Shown: positions 62,094-64,000 of the stretch, in pieces
Numbering within the stretch: the first letter of the stretch is position 1
Layout of the letters: every line of letters begins with the position of its first letter
NCBI GenBank assembly: GCA_963850965.1
Contig: CAWKMT010000005.1
Location: forward strand, 96,926-160,925
DNA length: 64,000 bases
Direction of reading: 5' to 3'
From: an uncultured Actinomycetota bacterium
Lineage (GTDB): Bacteria; Actinomycetota; Actinomycetes; Propionibacteriales; Nocardioidaceae
Translations under genes and position numbers: made by a program
Notes under the pieces: generated by a model
The model's input: only the letters and a program-made list of their open reading frames with translations
What the model was told of the DNA's origin: nothing
Databases searched by the model: none

Positions 62094-62681
62094 CTAGATC
62101 GGTTGGTACCAGACGTAGGGCCGCGGGTCGCCCGGCAGAGAGAGGCGAAGCTTGTGCAGGCCACGTCCGTCGAGAGCAAGGCACGACGATCTCTCATCGG
62201 GCAGGACTCGGAACAGGTGCGTGGTCAAGGGCCACTCGCTGATGAGCCACTCGTTCACGGCGTCGACGACCACGGCTACGAGCCCGGAATCCTGCTGGTC
62301 CTGGCGTAACCAGAAGGTCACCATTCCCGAGGCTTCGGGGATGGTGTCGAGAAGCCGGGACTCGGCCTCGGCGCGCTGGAGGTACGCGCGAAGCGGGTTC
62401 ACGTACACGCAGCCCCAGGCCTCGCTGAGGGATGGATCGAGCAGCACGAAGGCGAAAGCCCGGCGCGCGTCATGATCAGCCTGGTGCTGGGCGACGAGCT
62501 CCAGGTCGTCGGCAAGGGTGAACCCGTCGACGGGCCACCGGCCGTCGCTGTGCACGCGGATGACCTCGGGGCTGGCCATGTAGGCGGCGTAGTCCAGGGG
62601 CGCCGTGGCCGCGGTGAGGGGGACGGCCACGAACACATCGTGGTGCAGCCCGGTCGGAATCGTTGTCGTCTCGTCGAACAT
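62094..62681 (-). CDS. Hypothetical protein, GNAT-like fold probable
   Basis: SD GAGG before ATG 62681; RAFAFVLLDP..WGCVYVNP, VTFWLRQ. Confidence 0.6.
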   Translation of the reverse strand: MFDETTTIPTGLHHDVFVAVPLTAATAPLDYAAYMASPEVIRVHSDGRWPVDGFTLADDLELVAQHQADHDARRAFAFVLLDPSLSEAWGCVYVNPLRAYLQRAEAESRLLDTIPEASGMVTFWLRQDQQDSGLVAVVVDAVNEWLISEWPLTTHLFRVLPDERSSCLALDGRGLHKLRLSLPGDPRPYVWYQPI

Positions 62682-62698
62682 GGCCACCTCGATCCCGC

Positions 62699-64000
62699 TC
62701 AGGAGCCCTGCTGCGCCATCCACGACGAGTGCAGCCCGGCGTAGATCCCCTCGACGCCGACCAGCTCGCGGTGCGGACCGCGTTGTACGACGCGCCCGTG
62801 GTCGACCACGACGACCTCGTCGGCGTTCTCCGCGGTCGAGAGCCGGTGGGCGATCGTGACCGACGTACGCCCGCTCATCAAGCGTTCGAGGGCGCGGCCG
62901 ATCCGCATCTCGAGGGCGGGATCGACGGCGCTGGTCGCCTCGTCGAGCACGAGCAGGTCGGGGTCCACGAGGTGGGCCCGCAGGAGGGCGACCAGCTGCC
63001 GCTCCCCCGCCGACAGGGAGTCCCCGCGCTGTCCGACCCGGGTCTCCAGACCGGCGGGCAGCCCGGCGATCCAGTCGTCCAGACCGAGCTCCTCGGCGCT
63101 GGCGTGGATCTCCGCGTCGGTGGCGCCCAGCCGGCCGTAGCGGACGTTGGCCGCGATCGTGTCGTCGAAGAGGAACCCCTCCTGAGGAACGAGCACGACA
63201 CTGCGGCGCAGCGAGGGCGGCGCGATCATCCGGATGTCGAGGCCGTCGAGGAGGACCGAGCCCTCGTCGGGATCCATCAGCCGGGTCAGCAGCTTGGCGA
63301 AGGTCGACTTGCCGGAGCCGGTCTCGCCGACGATCGCGATCCGGGAGCCCGAGGCGATGTCCAGGGTGATGTCACGCAGGACCGGAGGGCCGCCCGGGTA
63401 GGAGAAGCTCACCTGGTCGAAGTGGATGTCGATGGGTCCGCGCGGGAGCGTCTGGCCGTCCGGACCGGGGTCGACCAGGTCGGCGGGTGTCTCGAGGATC
63501 CCGATCACCCGGCGCCAGCCGGCGATGGCGTTCTGGGCGTCGGTGAGGATCTGGGTGCCCATCTGCACCGGACCGACGAAGAGCGTGACCAGGAAGGCGA
63601 AGGCCAGCACCTTGCCGGCCGTGATGTCCCCCGCGAAGCCCAGCCAGATGCCGACGATGAGCACCCCGGCATTCGCGAGCCCCGCCGAGATGCCACCCAG
63701 CGAGAAGGAGAACGCCGTGAACCCCTGGGCCCGGGTCGAGGCGACCCGGTGGGCGTCCACCGCGGTGTCGATCCGCGCCTGGGTGCGGGCCTCGACGGCG
63801 TACGAGCGGACGACCGCGGCACCGACGACCGGCTCGGAGATCGCCGAGAGCAGGAGCCCGACCTGGCGCCGGACGATGCCGTAGGCCTCGGAGAGCCGGC
63901 GCTGGAAGAAGCGCAACGACAAGAACAGCGGCGCGAAGCAGACCCACACCACGATCGCGAGCTGCCAGCTGTAGATCACCATCACCACGGTGGCGACGAA
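62699..64000 (-). CDS. ABC transporter fused permease/ATPase (5' end outside window)
   Basis: TM domain then GETGSGKST, VPQEGFLF, LSAGERQLVAL, LVLDEATS, IAHRLSTA. Confidence 0.93.
   Translation of the reverse strand, partial: FVATVVMVIYSWQLAIVVWVCFAPLFLSLRFFQRRLSEAYGIVRRQVGLLLSAISEPVVGAAVVRSYAVEARTQARIDTAVDAHRVASTRAQGFTAFSFSLGGISAGLANAGVLIVGIWLGFAGDITAGKVLAFAFLVTLFVGPVQMGTQILTDAQNAIAGWRRVIGILETPADLVDPGPDGQTLPRGPIDIHFDQVSFSYPGGPPVLRDITLDIASGSRIAIVGETGSGKSTFAKLLTRLMDPDEGSVLLDGLDIRMIAPPSLRRSVVLVPQEGFLFDDTIAANVRYGRLGATDAEIHASAEELGLDDWIAGLPAGLETRVGQRGDSLSAGERQLVALLRAHLVDPDLLVLDEATSAVDPALEMRIGRALERLMSGRTSVTIAHRLSTAENADEVVVVDHGRVVQRGPHRELVGVEGIYAGLHSSWMAQQGS

Overview
High-GC actinobacterial chromosome segment. 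Gene order and protein styles resemble Nocardioides/Nocardioidaceae (inference). It is mostly core genome: ergothioneine operon egtABCD, principal sigma factor hrdB, a second GCS2 ligase, dinB, 5-oxoprolinase pxpABC, oligopeptidase B, an HrdD-like sigma factor, coaE, rpsA, polA, a branched-chain amino acid ABC system, pdtaR, a short-variable-loop tRNA-Leu(CAA), pyk, gltBD, lgt, trpCBA and hisI. No CRISPR array, rRNA or classical IS transposase was seen. The most unusual region is 56.5-62.7 kb. There a DUF222/13E12-type HNH nuclease gene and an apparently internally deleted miniature copy of it share a 61-bp 5' end (57/61 identical, carrying a PafBC-type DNA-damage promoter) and flank a large, multiply frameshifted surface-protein gene as direct repeats. 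Other highlights: an orphan ~200-nt structured RNA candidate with a DnaA-box-like cluster between pxpA and pxpB; a 49-aa membrane protein divergent from a GlxA/AdpA-type regulator with repeated operator boxes; RBS-sequestering leaders before egtA and gltB; trpE missing from its usual position; and pervasive leaderless TANNNT-N6/7-start architecture. Six single-base frameshifts (hrdB, surface protein x4, HNH) lie mostly in repetitive or multi-copy sequence and may be assembly errors. All family assignments come from motif recognition by eye, not database searches.
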